From assembly GCA_010909165.1 (NCBI GenBank), contig MU008170.1, positions 62,001 to 126,000 of the forward strand: 64,000 bases of DNA, read 5' to 3'. Of the stretch, positions 62,700 to 64,000 are shown piece by piece. Origin of the DNA: Anthoceros angustus. Lineage: Eukaryota; Plantae; Anthocerotophyta. The notes below the pieces were generated by a model that was given only the letters and a program-made list of their open reading frames with translations, made no database searches and was not told where the DNA came from. Every line of letters starts with the position of its first letter. Positions within the stretch are counted from its first letter, which is position 1. Position numbers and translations under genes: made by a program.

Positions 62700-64000
62700 A
62701 TGGCAACCGCAGCCCCAGCAGTGAAAGCGGTGCAAAGTCGAGGCAATGCCACAGTCGAGGTTTGGATCCCTGTTCCTCTTCCCTCCTTTGCTGCATGTTT
62801 GTCGATGTCTCCGAATTGTAATTGGCCGATCTGTTGAGGGGAATATGTGCTGGCTCTTCCTAGGAGTATCTGGAAAAGCATCAGCTGTCACAACGGATCG
62901 AGGACGCTGTCAATGCAGCAGTTCGGGCGAAGACTACTGAGCCAATTCAATTCGTTGTACGTACCCGGATCCCACTCGAGCTGGGCGGGATGAGTGCAGT
63001 GAGCTGAGAACTCTGCATGCGTTGGGTTTTAGCTGAAATCCTGTTTGGACTAGTTTGCGGGCCCGCTTTGTAAGAGATGTTTGTGACGTGATCTGCAGGC
63101 CAATCACTTGAGAAGGGCGTTACCCTCTGTCATTCAGAAAGTGAAGGCTCGTCAGATTTTTGACAGTCGTGGCAATCCGACGGTCGAGGTTGACCTCCAG
63201 ACGAACAAGGGCATCTTCCGTGCTGCTGTCCCCAGTGGAGCCTCTACTGGAATGTAAGAGACGGGTTTGGTTTTGACTTACTGGTGTTGCTGTAGGCCTG
63301 CCCTCTCTTCTGGCAGCTCTGATGCAGAATTGTTTTGCGCCGATGCAGTCATGAAGCTGTGGAGCTCAGAGACAAGGAGAAGGACAAGTACCTTGGCAAG
63401 GGTGTCCTTAAGGCTGTGGCAAATGTGAACGAGAAAATCAGCCCAGCAATCCAAGGCCTGGACCCGACACAGCAGGCAGAAGTGGATAAAGTTATGATTG
63501 ACCTAGATGGCACCGAGAACAAGGTACGGCTGTTTTCTGATGTCCTGCCGATATCAAGGCGCTGCATTTTCTGTGCTTCCTGATGTGTGATCATACTTGT
63601 GTTTGAAACATCTTTTGTAACTGCTATATTTTGATGGCCTAGTCGTCCATTGATGACTCTTGGATATTGACCAGCGGTTTCTCAAATTATTGAAGTAACG
63701 CAGATTTTGAGGATCTAGAGCTGAAAGGGTTATTGCCTTGCAGGCCGAGCTTGGTGCAAATGCTATCCTTGCAGTTTCTCTGGCCGTGGCTAAGGCTGGA
63801 GCTGCGGAGAAGGAGGTACTCGGCTTTCAGATTTGCTTTCTTCTTACTTGTCTGCTTCATGAAAGTATCTGAGATTTTCCTGTTCTCCGTTCTGCATGCA
63901 ATACATGACTTGTGTATTGTTGCAGGTACCTTTGTACCAACACATTGCAGATCTTGCAGGGAACACAAAGCTTGTGCTTCCCGTTCCTGCATTTAATATT
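62700..64000 (+). CDS. ENO3: Enolase, ENO3/ENOC type with N-terminal extension; 5' exons only, runs off the window
   Basis: [20 protein letters not shown] | [31 protein letters not shown] | [33 protein letters not shown]...[10 protein letters not shown] | EAVELRDK...[10 protein letters not shown] | [18 protein letters not shown] | [21 protein letters not shown]. Confidence 0.88.

Overview
Eukaryotic land-plant genomic DNA with compact genes and mostly 70-120 nt introns. The style suggests a bryophyte/lycophyte-grade plant such as a hornwort, but that is inference. Left to right: (1) decayed RLE-type (CRE-like) non-LTR retrotransposon fragments; (2) two tandem intronless paralogs, each encoding two RING-H2 fingers; (3) CDC27/APC3 on the minus strand, head-to-head with chloroplast chaperonin-60 beta (CPN60B). 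The 10.7-25.5 kb region is a scrambled multi-copy mosaic of CDC27 5' / shared promoter / CPN60B joined at 5-13 nt microhomologies, most likely an assembly artefact, with one intact CPN60B at 20251-23239; (4) an AT-rich island with a secreted Gnk2/DUF26-like gene (also repeated and scrambled) and a divergent GNA-type mannose-binding lectin; (5) further RLE-LINE remnants, a TA-flanked MITE, and a ~14 kb decayed CACTA/En-Spm transposon inserted inside one LINE remnant; (6) an (ATGT)n microsatellite; (7) a compact cluster: a bromodomain-less double-ET/NET protein starting with a histone-H3-like ARTK, a probable plastid-targeted unknown gene, a small Ala-rich ORF, ATE1 arginyltransferase and the 5' part of an ENO3-type enolase. 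The best novelty candidates are the ARTK/double-ET protein and the tightly packed double-RING-H2 pair. All family calls come from motif recognition by eye; no database search was run.
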